Position numbers and translations under genes: made by a program. The notes beneath the pieces were generated by a model. That model was not told the DNA's origin, did not search any database, and saw only the letters and a list, made by a program, of their open reading frames with translations. From Candidatus Yanofskybacteria bacterium RIFCSPHIGHO2_02_FULL_50_12 (GTDB lineage: Bacteria > Patescibacteriota > Minisyncoccia > 2-02-FULL-40-12 > GWA2-44-9), in the NCBI GenBank assembly GCA_001794525.1, contig MGJZ01000025.1:14805-49967 (forward strand): a stretch of DNA of 35,163 nt, in the 5' to 3' direction. Below are positions 34,375 through 35,163 of the stretch, piece by piece. The number at the start of each line of letters is the position of its first letter. Within the stretch, counting starts at the first letter, position 1.

Positions 34375-34590
34375 CTAGGGAATCTCGGTCGAATCGTGGC
34401 GCCGCTCCTCGCGCTCTATTTCTTCGATCGCCTCGCCGGGCGTGGTATCGTCAGGATCGCCGCTCAAATCGCCGGTATAGTCCGACTCGATTTTCTCAGG
34501 ATTCGGTTTCTTTTTCTGGTAGGGTTCCTGCTGTGTCCGATCGAATTCTTCTTGAACTTCCTCTTCAGTGATAAATAAAAAATTATTCAT
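34375..34590 (-). CDS. small highly acidic hypothetical protein
   Basis: 71-aa ORF that is E/D-rich and sits between dus and the 586-aa gene on the same strand. Confidence 0.4.
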   Translation of the reverse strand: MNNFLFITEEEVQEEFDRTQQEPYQKKKPNPEKIESDYTGDLSGDPDDTTPGEAIEEIEREERRHDSTEIP

Positions 34591-34605
34591 ACATTAATTA
34601 TGAGT

Positions 34606-35163
34606 TCAAAATCCGTGAGCCGCAAGCGTTTGTTCCACTGTTGCCCGGTCGCGCGCCGCCATGAGCGCCGCGCGAAGCTCCTTAGCTCCGTCGAATTCTG
34701 AAACATACACCTTAAAGAATTTTTTCATGGTATCGATCCGCCGGCCGGCGGATTCGCTCCACAGGTCTTCAAATAGTACGACATGCCGGCGCAGCAACGC
34801 GACCCGTTCCTGTGGAGATTTTGATTTTGGATCTACTTTTGGATCAAAGAACCAAGGATTGGAAAATATGCCACGCCCGATCATGATTCCGTCCAGTCCA
34901 TATTGTTCCGTCTTCTGAATGCCTTCCGGGTACGACATCACATCGCCATTGCCGATAATTGGAATACCGGCCGCATGGCATAATACTGCCGCTTTTCCGA
35001 TCTCATCCCAATGGGCCGGAATTTTAGACATCTCCCTCATGGTACGCCCATGGATGATAATGGCTGCCGGTTCGGCTTCAATCAGATGCGAAATCCATTC
35101 TTCGGTGATGATACTGTGGTAACCAATTCTTGTTTTAACTGATACTGGCAGGGAATCGGCACC
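34606..35163 (-). CDS. dus: tRNA-dihydrouridine synthase, C-terminal part (5' end outside the window)
   Basis: I checked that the frame stays open to the window edge. It translates as ...VSVKTRIGYHS...IIIHGRTMREMSKIPAHWDEIG...IPIIGNGDV, typical of the Dus family. Confidence 0.85.
   Translation of the reverse strand, partial: GADSLPVSVKTRIGYHSIITEEWISHLIEAEPAAIIIHGRTMREMSKIPAHWDEIGKAAVLCHAAGIPIIGNGDVMSYPEGIQKTEQYGLDGIMIGRGIFSNPWFFDPKVDPKSKSPQERVALLRRHVVLFEDLWSESAGRRIDTMKKFFKVYVSEFDGAKELRAALMAARDRATVEQTLAAHGF

Noticed and set aside
1-35163. Alternative genetic code (UGA recoded, as in some CPR lineages) or mobile-element / defence-island content
   Set aside because: Conserved genes translate full-length with the standard code, and TGA is used as a genuine stop (for example at 429-431 and 6408-6410). 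I recognised no transposase, integrase, reverse transcriptase, restriction-modification, toxin-antitoxin or Cas-like protein.

Overview
This 35-kb window looks like a compact bacterial chromosome segment, probably from a Candidate Phyla Radiation / Patescibacteria-type organism. That lineage call is an inference from short housekeeping proteins, a PEGA-domain protein, a 'sunset'-type Cys module and an NTD-only RpoA. It uses the standard genetic code, with TGA as a stop codon. Genes are tightly packed and many are translationally coupled through ATGA or TAATG junctions.

Left part (mostly + strand):
- a membrane protein, a SAM methyltransferase and a small Zn-ribbon/HTH protein
- efp, a secreted repeat protein and a TrpF-like TIM barrel
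- def-fmt, a PyrE-like phosphoribosyltransferase and priA
- gltX, an M23 peptidase and a type-II NADH dehydrogenase

Middle: a 794-nt gap (12297-13090) with essentially no ORFs. It is studded with hairpins and contains a dif-like dyad, and it sits where coding polarity flips. A PolB-like 3'-5' exonuclease gene follows.

Right part (about 95% - strand):
- typA, rpmA (+ strand) and rplI
- a long coupled envelope operon: mreB, GT4, a GT2-GT4 fusion, an O-antigen-ligase-like protein, GT2, LCP, GT2 and ctp
- a higher-GC orphan gene with its own consensus promoter
- the operon infA-rpmJ-rpsM-rpsK-rpsD-rpoA-rplQ-rplM-rpsI
- a 586-aa membrane protein, a small acidic protein and a partial dus gene

I found no tRNA or rRNA genes, CRISPR arrays, transposases or integrases.

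Most notable observations:
- a putative terminus/dif or ncRNA region at 12.3-13.1 kb
- a PriA whose ATPase motifs are all degenerate
- an RpoA with no C-terminal domain
- a recurrent leaderless promoter layout (-10 element 5-8 nt before the ATG)
- the insulated orphan cassette at 27.85-28.42 kb
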